From NCBI GenBank assembly GCA_036501045.1, contig DASYAX010000407.1, forward strand, positions 8,670-72,669: DNA of 64,000 nt, given 5' to 3'. The stretch is from Bryobacteraceae bacterium (GTDB taxonomy: Bacteria > Acidobacteriota > Terriglobia > Bryobacterales > Bryobacteraceae). This document shows positions 36,785 through 45,273 of the stretch, piece after piece. Position numbers and translations under genes: made by a program. Each line of letters begins with the position of its first letter. Position 1 is the first letter of the stretch. A model generated the notes under the pieces. It had not been told where the DNA came from, did no database searches, and saw only the letters and a program-made list of their open reading frames with translations.

Positions 36785-38869
36785 CTAGTAGCGCAAATTG
36801 CGCAAGTAAGCCCTGGTAACAAGCACCTGCTGCGGCGCCTTCGGGCTCTCGTCTTCGATGTAGTAGCGCTTGACACCGGCAGTCTTTGCCGCGCGGAAAA
36901 TCGCCGGCCAGTTCAGCTCGCCGGCGCCCAGGGCTACGCTGATTTCGTCCGGTGCTCTCCCGCTGAGATCCGGCTGAAAGCCCTTGGCAATATCCTTGAG
37001 ATGCATCAGTTGAAAACGGTTTGGATATCGCTCGAGGAAAGTAACGGGATCCGCGCCGCCGTGCGCGAACCAAAAGACATCCATTTCAAACGTGACAAAT
37101 TCGGGGTTCGTCTCTGCCGCGAGGACGTCGAACAGCGTCCCTGTGGGCGTGTGCCCAAATTCGAAGCCGTGCGGATGATAGCCGAATTGCAAGCCTTGCG
37201 ACCTGAGCTTCTCGCCCCAGGTATTGAAATCGCTAGCGGCCTTCTTTACGTCGTCCGCGGTGAGTTCACCGTGGCGCGGAATTTCCGATGTGAGCACGTA
37301 ATGCGCACCCATCACTTTGGCGTCGTTTACTACGCCATCCAGATCCTTGCTCAGACGATCGTAGCTGGCGATTATGCTGCTGCAAGTGAGTCCTTCTTTG
37401 TCGAGGATGGCTCGAAATTCAGCCGCCGAGTGGTCGTAAAAACTGGCCGTCTCCACATCTGTGAAGCCCAATTTCCGCAGCTTTGCGAGCGTGCCAGGCA
37501 AATCTTTTTTCAGATCCCGGCGATAAGTCCAGAGTTCCATGCCCACCGGTTCCCGGAATGGCGTCCGATGGACGCTTGATGCAGTTTTGGGTATCCATCG
37601 CTTGACCTTACCCGTTCCGTTATTCAGCCAGACATCGACTCGAGGCGCGCTCCAGGCATACGGCTTTTGGAGAATATCCATATCGCCATCGCCGTCAAAA
37701 TCCGCGATTTTGCCGTCGTGCCAGCCTTCTCCTTTATCCAGCAGGGTCGTGCGAAAGTTTCCGCGGCCATCTCCATAAAGAATGAAAGCCGAGGCATCCG
37801 GATTGTCGAGCGCGCTCTGCTTGGTCGTCCATTTACCCTGTTCCGCCGCGAGGATGTCCAGGTTACCATCGCCATTCACATCACCGATCGCGAGCGTGTG
37901 TCCGTGGATCAGGTCTCGGTCAAGCAGCTTATGTCCGACCCAGGCATTGGAGTCCTCCGGATCGCCCTGGCACTCGTACATCATCAATGGGCCGCTGCCA
38001 TCGCCTGGACCGATGATGATCTGGGGATACTTGCCTGGCTTGAACTTGCCGGCCCTGATGCGCCCGCCGAAAGCGCCCACTTGAATCGCCTTGAAATGAT
38101 TGCCGCCTTCGTACTTGAACCAGTAGTTTCCGGCAAGCAGATCGACGCGGCCGTCTCCATCGATGTCATAAGTGTCCATGCCTTCTGCGTAGAGAGCTGC
38201 GCCATGCGTGCCTTCGCCAGCGTTACCTGAAAAGATAGGCGTATAGGGCCAAGGCTCCGTATGCCGCGGATCCTTGGGGATCTCCGCAAGAAAAATCGTT
38301 TTGGCTTGCTGGTTCCAGAAGACTAACTGAGGTTTGCCCAAGCCTTTCAAATCGGCAAATATTTGATCGTGGTGCTGGTTTGCCCCACCATCCTTAATCA
38401 CATGCCGTTTCCAGGAAACATTCGGATCGAAGTTGGGATAGGGATTCTCCCACCACCAGAGGTGGTTGCCTTGCCAATCGTTGCCGAAGACGATGTCCAG
38501 ATCGCCATCGCCATCGATGTCGTAGGCGGCGCCTCCGGCCTCGATGGGCAGAAATTCTTTCTCGACAACGTAGCGATCCCAACCGGTAGGAGTGCGCCGG
38601 TACCAAACCAAGGCAGGAGCGACGACCCGGAAACTGAGCACGAAGTCTGCGGCCCGCGAATCCGGATCGAAGTGCCCTACCAGATCGCCGGTTTGCTCGC
38701 GTGATGTGCTGGGTACAGGCAGGTCTCCCTGGCTACTCGATTTGCGAACCCAGTGAATGTCGTTTCCCTTTCCAATCACGACCGGGAGCAGAATCGCACC
38801 GGATGCCAACACCAACAAGCTGCTGACTGTGAGGGGCCGGAGCCGGAACACGCGAAAGTATCTAGACAT
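36785..38869 (-). CDS. Fusion protein: N-terminal FG-GAP/VCBS repeat region plus C-terminal xylose-isomerase-like TIM-barrel (sugar phosphate isomerase/epimerase family)
   Basis: N-terminal signal anchor. Four Ca-binding-type repeats (DIDGDGDLDIVFGN, DIDGDGRVDLLAGN, DVNGDGNLDILAAE, DFDGDGDMDILQ). The last ~260 aa (LAKLRKLGFTDVE...HPHGFEF...LMHLKD...) look like a TIM-barrel of the AP-endonuclease-2/xylose isomerase-like family. Confidence 0.75.
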   Translation of the reverse strand: MSRYFRVFRLRPLTVSSLLVLASGAILLPVVIGKGNDIHWVRKSSSQGDLPVPSTSREQTGDLVGHFDPDSRAADFVLSFRVVAPALVWYRRTPTGWDRYVVEKEFLPIEAGGAAYDIDGDGDLDIVFGNDWQGNHLWWWENPYPNFDPNVSWKRHVIKDGGANQHHDQIFADLKGLGKPQLVFWNQQAKTIFLAEIPKDPRHTEPWPYTPIFSGNAGEGTHGAALYAEGMDTYDIDGDGRVDLLAGNYWFKYEGGNHFKAIQVGAFGGRIRAGKFKPGKYPQIIIGPGDGSGPLMMYECQGDPEDSNAWVGHKLLDRDLIHGHTLAIGDVNGDGNLDILAAEQGKWTTKQSALDNPDASAFILYGDGRGNFRTTLLDKGEGWHDGKIADFDGDGDMDILQKPYAWSAPRVDVWLNNGTGKVKRWIPKTASSVHRTPFREPVGMELWTYRRDLKKDLPGTLAKLRKLGFTDVETASFYDHSAAEFRAILDKEGLTCSSIIASYDRLSKDLDGVVNDAKVMGAHYVLTSEIPRHGELTADDVKKAASDFNTWGEKLRSQGLQFGYHPHGFEFGHTPTGTLFDVLAAETNPEFVTFEMDVFWFAHGGADPVTFLERYPNRFQLMHLKDIAKGFQPDLSGRAPDEISVALGAGELNWPAIFRAAKTAGVKRYYIEDESPKAPQQVLVTRAYLRNLRY

Positions 38870-38978
38870 AGAAATGAGGGCAGACTACTGGTTACCTGAT
38901 CATAGATTGATGCCAGGCAGGGACGAAGTAAATAGAAGTAAATGGCCATAAGCGGGCGTCACGCGACGCACAGGTCCC

Positions 38979-39039
38979 TCTCACTTAACGCTGGCGGCTT
39001 CTCACTTAACCTCTTGTTACCGATTGTTCACTAGAGTGA
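38979..39039. promoter_or_regulatory. Array of TCACT-containing motifs in a divergent promoter region
   Basis: TCTCACTTAAC occurs at 38979-38989 and again at 39000-39010, exactly 21 bp apart. The inverted repeat TCACT-AG-AGTGA lies at 39028-39039. Confidence 0.35.
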
Positions 39040-39071
39040 CGGATTATTCTCGCCTAGACTCGGCTTAGGGA

Positions 39072-39932
39072 ATGGTGTCGGCGAAGCACCAAACGAAGTT
39101 CATGCTTGATCCTGAGAAACGGCGATTGCTGCAACGAAAGGCTCTGGAAATTCGAAGAAGCATCGTGTCCATGGTGACGCGGGCGAATTCGGGCCATGTC
39201 GGTGGAAGTTTAGGTGCAACCGATATCGTGGTCGCCCTCTATTACCACCTCATGCGGCACGACCCGGCCAATCCAGGATGGCCGCAACGCGACCGTTTCG
39301 TTCTTTCGAAGGGTCACTGTACGCCAGTGATCTACGCGGTGCTTGCGGATTGTGGCTATTTCCCGGTAATTGAGCTTGACAGCTTCCGCAGGGCCGGTTC
39401 ACACCTACAAGGTCATCCCTACGCACCGAAGACTCCAGGAATCGATGCATCGACAGGAACGCTCGGACTTGGCCTCTCCACAGCCGCAGGTATGGCGCTC
39501 GCGGCCAAATTGCGGGGGGACGCGCATCACTATTACGTGGTTTGTGGAGACGGTGAGATTCAAGAAGGGCAGATCTGGGAGGCCGCACTGTTTGCGAACA
39601 AATACAGACTGGAAAACCTCATTGCATTTGTGGACCGGAACTACCTTCAGACGGACGGGAACTCCGAGGACGTCATGCCGCTCGATCCGCTGCGCCCGAA
39701 ATGGGAGGCGTTCGGCTGGCTTACGTACGAGATCGACGGGCACGATTTCGAACAGATTGTAGAAGCCGTGGAACTGGCACGCAGTCAAACCGGGAAGCCA
39801 AAGATGATCATTGCCCGCACCGTGAAGGGCAAGGGCGTATCCTTCATGGAAAACGATAATAGATGGCACGGCACACCGCCAACTGTGGACGAATGCGGGA
39901 GAGCGCTGCTGGAGCTAAGCAGTGGAATCTAG
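39072..39932 (+). CDS. Transketolase, N-terminal (TPP-binding) subunit
   Basis: SGHVGGSLGATDIVVALYYH, SKGHCTPVIYAVLA and GDGEIQEGQIWEA. Confidence 0.9.
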   Translation: MVSAKHQTKFMLDPEKRRLLQRKALEIRRSIVSMVTRANSGHVGGSLGATDIVVALYYHLMRHDPANPGWPQRDRFVLSKGHCTPVIYAVLADCGYFPVIELDSFRRAGSHLQGHPYAPKTPGIDASTGTLGLGLSTAAGMALAAKLRGDAHHYYVVCGDGEIQEGQIWEAALFANKYRLENLIAFVDRNYLQTDGNSEDVMPLDPLRPKWEAFGWLTYEIDGHDFEQIVEAVELARSQTGKPKMIIARTVKGKGVSFMENDNRWHGTPPTVDECGRALLELSSGI

Positions 39933-40869
39933 GCAGACGCGTCAGGGCTATGTCGACGCCCTGATCGAACTGGCACGCGAGAACCCACGCGTGGTGGTGC
40001 TCGATTCAGATGTCGCCAAAGCGAGTAAGACCTGCGATTTCGCTGCGCTGTTCCCCGATCGATTCTTTAATTGCGGCGTCCAGGAGCAGAACATGATGTC
40101 CGTAGCGGCAGGTCTCGCGATCGAAGGATTTTTACCGTTTGCCACAACATTTGCAGCCTTTGCGGCTTTTCGTGCCGGCGACCAGGTGCGCAACTCAATC
40201 GCATATCCCAAGCTGAATGTGAAGATCGGGGCAACGCACGGAGGTATTTCCACGGGAGGCGATGGCGCCTCTCATCAAGCGAACGAGGATCTGGCCGTGA
40301 TGCGCAGTTTCCCGAACATGACCGTGATTGTACCGGGCGACTACGAAGAAGCGCGACTGGCGACGAGAGCGGCGGCAGAGCATAGCGGGCCGGTGTACCT
40401 CCGTTTTGGGCGCGATACCTACCCGGTCGTCAAGCAGATCGATGCTGGCTTCTGCATCGGCAAAGCCAAGCTGATCCGGGAAGGTATCGACTTGACGATT
40501 ATCAGTACGGGGATCATGGTTAGCGAAGCATTGCTTGCCGCAGAGGAGCTGCTGAATTCGGGTATATCCGCCCAAGTTGTCCATATGCCAACAATAAAAC
40601 CGCTAGACACCGAAATTGTTCTACAGGCTGCGAGACAAACGCGCGGCATAGTGACAGCCGAAGAGCATTCCATTCTGGGTGGCCTGGGAGAAGCTGTGGC
40701 GGGAGTGGTGTGTGAAAGCTACCCCGTTACCGTCAAGCGAGTTGGCATCCGGGATACGTTCGGTGAGTCCGGAACCGCATCCGAACTGCTGACGCGCTAC
40801 GGCCTTCGCGCCAGAGACATTATCCAGGCAGCGCACGCGGTCTGTGCCGGGCAAGTATGCGAGCGTTAG
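39922..40869 (+). CDS. Transketolase, C-terminal (pyrimidine-binding) subunit
   Basis: The GTG start overlaps the upstream gene by 11 nt. Motifs FPDRFFNCGVQEQNMMSVAAGLA and GGDGASHQANEDLA. Confidence 0.9.
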   Translation: MESRQTRQGYVDALIELARENPRVVVLDSDVAKASKTCDFAALFPDRFFNCGVQEQNMMSVAAGLAIEGFLPFATTFAAFAAFRAGDQVRNSIAYPKLNVKIGATHGGISTGGDGASHQANEDLAVMRSFPNMTVIVPGDYEEARLATRAAAEHSGPVYLRFGRDTYPVVKQIDAGFCIGKAKLIREGIDLTIISTGIMVSEALLAAEELLNSGISAQVVHMPTIKPLDTEIVLQAARQTRGIVTAEEHSILGGLGEAVAGVVCESYPVTVKRVGIRDTFGESGTASELLTRYGLRARDIIQAAHAVCAGQVCER

Positions 40870-41909
40870 TTAAAACAGCATCTGGCGCCGGTCATTTGGA
40901 ATTACGGGAGTGGCCAGAGCCCTCACCAGCTCCAGGAGAAGTGAAGCTGCGCGTTGGATCCGTGGGAATCTGCGGGACCGACATTCACATCTACAAAGGC
41001 ACGTGGGGATGCGATCCGCCGGTTGTTCTGGGGCATGAATGGTGTGGAACCGTTGCTGAAGCCGGTTCGGGTGTGACGCACTTGCGTCCCGGAGATCGAG
41101 TGGCCGCCTCAAACCCGGCACGAAGCTGCGGCAATTGCATTCACTGCATAGCGGGCAATTCCTTCATGTGCGCGCAGCGGGTTTCGGCGGGGTATATGAT
41201 TGACGGCGCTTTCGCGGATTACCACTGTATCGACGCGCGGCGGTGTCACAAAATTCCCGATCATGTCAGTTTTCGAGCGGCCGCCCTGGGGGAGCCGATT
41301 TCGGTTGCGGTCCGTGCGGTTATCGAGCGCACCACGGTGCACGCAGGCGATCTTGTACTCATTTCCGGACCTGGCTGTATCGGCCTTCTGACCTTGCAGC
41401 TTGCAAAACTCAAAGGAGCCAGAGTCATCGTCGCGGGTCTCAATAAAGACAAGGTGCGGCTCGACTGCGCGCGGCGGCTTGGAGCGGACGTAGTTGTCGA
41501 TGTGGAAGAGCAGGATCTGTTGGAGATTGTTCTGGCCGAAAGTGGCGGCCTTGGCGTAGATACGGTGTACGAGTGCGCGGGGAGTCCCTCATCGCTCGAT
41601 GCCTGCTGGCGAGCCGTCCGGAAGGAAGGCACTCTCGTTCCTCTGGGAGTGCAGTCCGGCCCGATTCAAACAGACATCAACAACGTGATGATGAAGGAGT
41701 TGCGTGTCATCGGGTCCTATGGCTATGTATGGACCACGTGGCGGAGGACGGTTCAACTGCTTGCCGACGGCAAGATCAATATAGATGAAATGGTGTCACA
41801 CGAATTTCCACTTGAGTCTTACCAAGAAGCCTTTCGCGTGACACAGGACGGATCAGGCATAAAGGTGATTCTCAGCCCGGAATACAATGGAGCTGCGAGC
41901 CTTAGATAA
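40857..41909 (+). CDS. Zinc-dependent medium-chain dehydrogenase (sorbitol/threonine dehydrogenase-like)
   Basis: GICGTDIHIYKG, GHEWCGTV, structural zinc site CGNCIHCIAGNSFMC, and Rossmann motif ISGPGCIGLL. Confidence 0.85.
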   Translation: MRALVKTASGAGHLELREWPEPSPAPGEVKLRVGSVGICGTDIHIYKGTWGCDPPVVLGHEWCGTVAEAGSGVTHLRPGDRVAASNPARSCGNCIHCIAGNSFMCAQRVSAGYMIDGAFADYHCIDARRCHKIPDHVSFRAAALGEPISVAVRAVIERTTVHAGDLVLISGPGCIGLLTLQLAKLKGARVIVAGLNKDKVRLDCARRLGADVVVDVEEQDLLEIVLAESGGLGVDTVYECAGSPSSLDACWRAVRKEGTLVPLGVQSGPIQTDINNVMMKELRVIGSYGYVWTTWRRTVQLLADGKINIDEMVSHEFPLESYQEAFRVTQDGSGIKVILSPEYNGAASLR

Positions 41910-42050
41910 AAAGTACTGATCGAGTTCGTAGATGGGCTGGGCCGCCTGTGGCCCCCCACCTTTGTCCATATCCCGGCCGAAATTGGCAGATCGCCAATAT
42001 GTTAGCGTTGGATCGTTCCTTAATGTCGCACAAACGCGAACACGCAAAGC

Positions 42051-43196
42051 ATGACTCCACAGCAACAGGCTCTTGTCCGGCGGATTCTCGAAAGCCGCTA
42101 CTTTAGCAACACGGTCATCCTTGGTAGGATTCTGCAGTTCGTATGTGAAAACACTGCCAACACAGACCGGTCTTTGAAGGAATACGAAATCGCGTTAGAG
42201 GTCCTGCAGCGGCCGGAAAGCTTCGATCCCAAGCTGGATCCGGTGGTTCGCGTCAGCATGAAGAGCATCCGTGAACGGTTGCACGCGTACTTTGATAACG
42301 AAGGACTGCATGAGGATGTGTGCGTGTCCATTCCCAAAGGACACTATCGCGCCCAGTTCTCCCGAACGGAACGATCGCCGGCGGCGCCTGCAACGGAAGA
42401 AGTCCGCGCGAGCAGCTTGGAGCGCTTTTGGCGGCCTTACCTGGCTGAGCGATCCAACCTGCTGCTCCATACCGAGCCACTATTCTTTAGAGACGGACGC
42501 GGAAATTACATCCGCAATCTGTATCTGAACGATCCGTCCATGGATTCGCGCGAGATAGCAGATCGTCTTGGCTGTGAAGCGGATTCAATACAGCCATGCT
42601 TTCATTACCTTTCAGCGGGTGAAGTCCACTGCGTATTTTCGTTGATGCGATTGTTCCACGATCTGGGAAAAAATCTGCAGATTGTAAATTCACGCCTCTC
42701 GTCGTGGAACGAAACACGCCATTCCAATTTAATTCTCATCGGGAGTACGCGGACGAATAGGTTTATGGACGCGCTGCAGGAACAAAGTGATTTTGTCCTG
42801 ACTGATGAAGAGATCCGCAATCTTTCGCCGCGCGAAAACGAGCAGAACTGTTATCGGGGCTATCGGTACCGCGATGGTAAGCTTCACAGGTTCAGTGAAT
42901 ATGCCTTGATCACGCGCAGGCAAGGCGCAACTCCTGGGTCGTCGGTCACCGTGATCGCATCAAATCATGGCCGTGCGATTGAAGGTGTTGGAAATTTTCT
43001 GACTTTGGGCGGCGAGATCGCTAAGCTCCTGGCGCGCATGGAGCTGGATCGCGCACCTGTTCTGCCGGACAGATTTCAGGTGCTCGTACGTGTTGACATG
43101 ATCGACCTGGATGACGAAGTCGTGAACGTCGAGTATGTTAGTCACCGGACCGGAGCGTCCGCCGGCACGCTGTCGCCCGCTGCCGGCAGAGCCTGA
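42051..43196 (+). CDS. Hypothetical protein with a recognisable N-terminal helical motif and an unknown C-terminal domain
   Basis: 381-aa ORF, visibly lower in GC than its neighbours. The N-terminus (ILQFVCENT...LKEYEIALEVLQRPESFDPKLDPVVRVSMKSIRERLHAYFDNEGLHEDVCVSIPKGHYRAQF) resembles a motif I have seen at the N-termini of various sensor, cyclase and TPR proteins. The remaining ~270 aa are not recognised. Confidence 0.6.
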   Translation: MTPQQQALVRRILESRYFSNTVILGRILQFVCENTANTDRSLKEYEIALEVLQRPESFDPKLDPVVRVSMKSIRERLHAYFDNEGLHEDVCVSIPKGHYRAQFSRTERSPAAPATEEVRASSLERFWRPYLAERSNLLLHTEPLFFRDGRGNYIRNLYLNDPSMDSREIADRLGCEADSIQPCFHYLSAGEVHCVFSLMRLFHDLGKNLQIVNSRLSSWNETRHSNLILIGSTRTNRFMDALQEQSDFVLTDEEIRNLSPRENEQNCYRGYRYRDGKLHRFSEYALITRRQGATPGSSVTVIASNHGRAIEGVGNFLTLGGEIAKLLARMELDRAPVLPDRFQVLVRVDMIDLDDEVVNVEYVSHRTGASAGTLSPAAGRA

Positions 43197-43202
43197 TTAA
43201 AA

Positions 43203-43982
43203 CTAACGCTTTTCGTGCTCAGCGGGCCACGGCGGACGGGTGAACAGCCCGCCGTCCACATAGATCGTCTGGCCCGTTATAAACGAACTTGCTTCGCCGG
43301 CGAGAAACACGACCGCCCTGCCCACATCTTGCGGATAACCGATGCGGCCGAGCGGAGTCAGCGCGCTCCAGGCGCCGGCGTAGTCGCCAAGTTCCGTCTT
43401 GGTGCGCTCGATTTCGATCGCGCCTGGCGCGACGCAATTGACACGAATGCCATAGCGCCCCAACTCAACTGCCGACACCTTGGTCAGGTTCTCGAGCCCT
43501 CCCTTGCTGGCACTGTAATCCACCAAGTTAGGAAATGGCCATTTATTGCAGCCCGAGCCTATATTGATGATGGAACCATCGCTTCGCACTTTCATGTGTG
43601 TAGCTGCGGCCTTCGTGCACAGGAAAGAGCCCTTCAGGTTCGTGTCGATGACCCGGTCCCAGTCACTTTCGCTTAGATCAAGAAGCGAGCTCCAGGTCTG
43701 CACACCAGCGTTGTTGACCAACACATCAATCCGCGCCACAGTCTTTAGAGCCTGGTAGAACAACTCCGCCACTTCGGTCGCTTCTGCCACATTGCCTTTC
43801 AAAGCAATCGCATTTCGTCCGAGCGCCTTGAGTTCCGCCACAGTTGCCTCCGCGCTCGTGCGGTCCGAGTTGTAATTCACGATAACGTCGCAGCCGGCAC
43901 GGCCCAGTTCGATCGCGATGCCTTTTCCGACGCCCTTACCGGCTCCGGTGACCAGCGCCGTCTTGCCGTTCAACTCATACAT
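43203..43982 (-). CDS. SDR-family oxidoreductase (glucose 1-dehydrogenase / 3-oxoacyl-ACP reductase-like)
   Basis: ALVTGAGKGVGKGIA, NNAG and YSASKGG. Confidence 0.85.
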   Translation of the reverse strand: MYELNGKTALVTGAGKGVGKGIAIELGRAGCDVIVNYNSDRTSAEATVAELKALGRNAIALKGNVAEATEVAELFYQALKTVARIDVLVNNAGVQTWSSLLDLSESDWDRVIDTNLKGSFLCTKAAATHMKVRSDGSIINIGSGCNKWPFPNLVDYSASKGGLENLTKVSAVELGRYGIRVNCVAPGAIEIERTKTELGDYAGAWSALTPLGRIGYPQDVGRAVVFLAGEASSFITGQTIYVDGGLFTRPPWPAEHEKR

Positions 43983-44125
43983 TCGTTAGAGAGTACAAGC
44001 GCTCGCTTCGGATTGCAAGTTAGTTGCCTTATTAACGTCAAATCGGAGCTACGGTGGTCCCGACTACATAGCTTAACTTCCGCAATTTGCGTTTGGACCC
44101 CACACTGGCCGTATATGCTCGCTAG

Positions 44126-44395
44126 TCTTTGTCTTATGGCTGAGCGTAAAACTCGCATCCGGTGCGGGATCGTTGGATTCGGTTTTATCGGCCCCCATCA
44201 CCTGGAAGCTATCCTACATCTGGGCCAAACGTCGAAGTGACAGCCGCAGCGTCCAGAAAGATCGATAAGACGAGGGCCAAAGCGTGGGGTTCGGAATCGA
44301 GAGGGTGCGCGGGTCATTTGAGGAGCTGGTTGCGCGCCAGACGGCGCCGTTCCTCACTTCGATGCTGGCGGTCGCCGTTTAGTGCACGGCGGGTT
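44126..44395 (+). pseudogene. Gfo/Idh/MocA-family oxidoreductase N-terminal remnant (frameshifted, truncated)
   Basis: MAERKTRIRCGIVGFGFIGPHHLEA (Rossmann N-terminus) runs into a stop at 44238-44240. Other frames continue with NVEVTAAASRKIDKTRAKAWG and then IERVRGSFEELVAR, which is the expected order for this family. The rest of the gene is absent. Confidence 0.5.
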
Positions 44396-44433
44396 TGTGC
44401 GGCTTGCTGGCGCTGCGCTATGAATGACGGGTG

Positions 44434-45210
44434 CTACTTCCAGAGAGCGAAAAAGGACGGTTTTTTGGGCGGCGCGGAAACGATAGGCTCGCCGGTGAGG
44501 ACGGCGGCCGGATTGTGGATAAAGAGCGCGTCAGCCCGATCGACGCCCCAGCGCGCGTGGACGAACTGATAGGCAGCGGACAGGCCGGGCGGGCGGGCGG
44601 TGCAATCATGCGCGTCGCTCGCGACGAAATGCACGAGCCGATCAGTGAGAAGAGCCTCGGAAGCGCGCCCGGCGGCGGGCCCGAAGTCCCCTAATAGCGA
44701 TTGAGCGGTCAGTTGCAGGAGACAGCCATCGCGCACCCAGCCAGCCAATTCTTTGGAATGCGTTGGCGTCTGTAAAGAGAGATTTCGCTCGGGGTGGGTG
44801 ATGATGGGCGTAATGGCGGCATCGCGAAGGCGAAGCAGGGCGGCGCGGACGGCTGGGGGAGAGAATAGCTCGGGCAATTCCACCAAGAGATAACGCCTAT
44901 TGTTAATTGTGTACTTAGTGGGATATTCTAGGGCTTCCATTAGGTTATCGAAGCTGAGGTGAAAGTCGCAGCCACGGTGCAGGGTGATGTGTTCGCCAGC
45001 GCACGCCGATAATTCGGCCAGCCGTTGTTCGACGACCGCCGCATCGAACGCATATTGGGAATTGGCGTGGGGGGTGGCAACGATATCGGTGGTGCCGGCA
45101 GCGGCGGCGAGCCTGAGCATTTCGAGGCTTTCCTCCATGGTTCGAGCACCGTCGTCGAGGCCGGGAAGAATGTGGCTGTGAATGTCGACCAAGGAGAGAC
45201 TCCCTTGCAT
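44434..45210 (-). CDS. PHP-family protein-tyrosine phosphatase (CpsB/YwqE-type, capsule/EPS regulation)
   Basis: VDIHSHILPGLDDGA, VATPH, ITHPERN and VASDAHD motifs in the CpsB order. Confidence 0.8.
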   Translation of the reverse strand: MQGSLSLVDIHSHILPGLDDGARTMEESLEMLRLAAAAGTTDIVATPHANSQYAFDAAVVEQRLAELSACAGEHITLHRGCDFHLSFDNLMEALEYPTKYTINNRRYLLVELPELFSPPAVRAALLRLRDAAITPIITHPERNLSLQTPTHSKELAGWVRDGCLLQLTAQSLLGDFGPAAGRASEALLTDRLVHFVASDAHDCTARPPGLSAAYQFVHARWGVDRADALFIHNPAAVLTGEPIVSAPPKKPSFFALWK

Positions 45211-45273
45211 TATAGGGACACGACGTGCTGGTCATTCGGTTGCTGGTAGAACTACGATGAGCAAGGGAGCCAA

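Noticed and set aside
41853-42065. The 70-aa minus-strand ORF spanning the intergenic region before 42051.
   Set aside because: It overlaps the ends of two well-supported plus-strand genes and has no motifs or ribosome-binding site.
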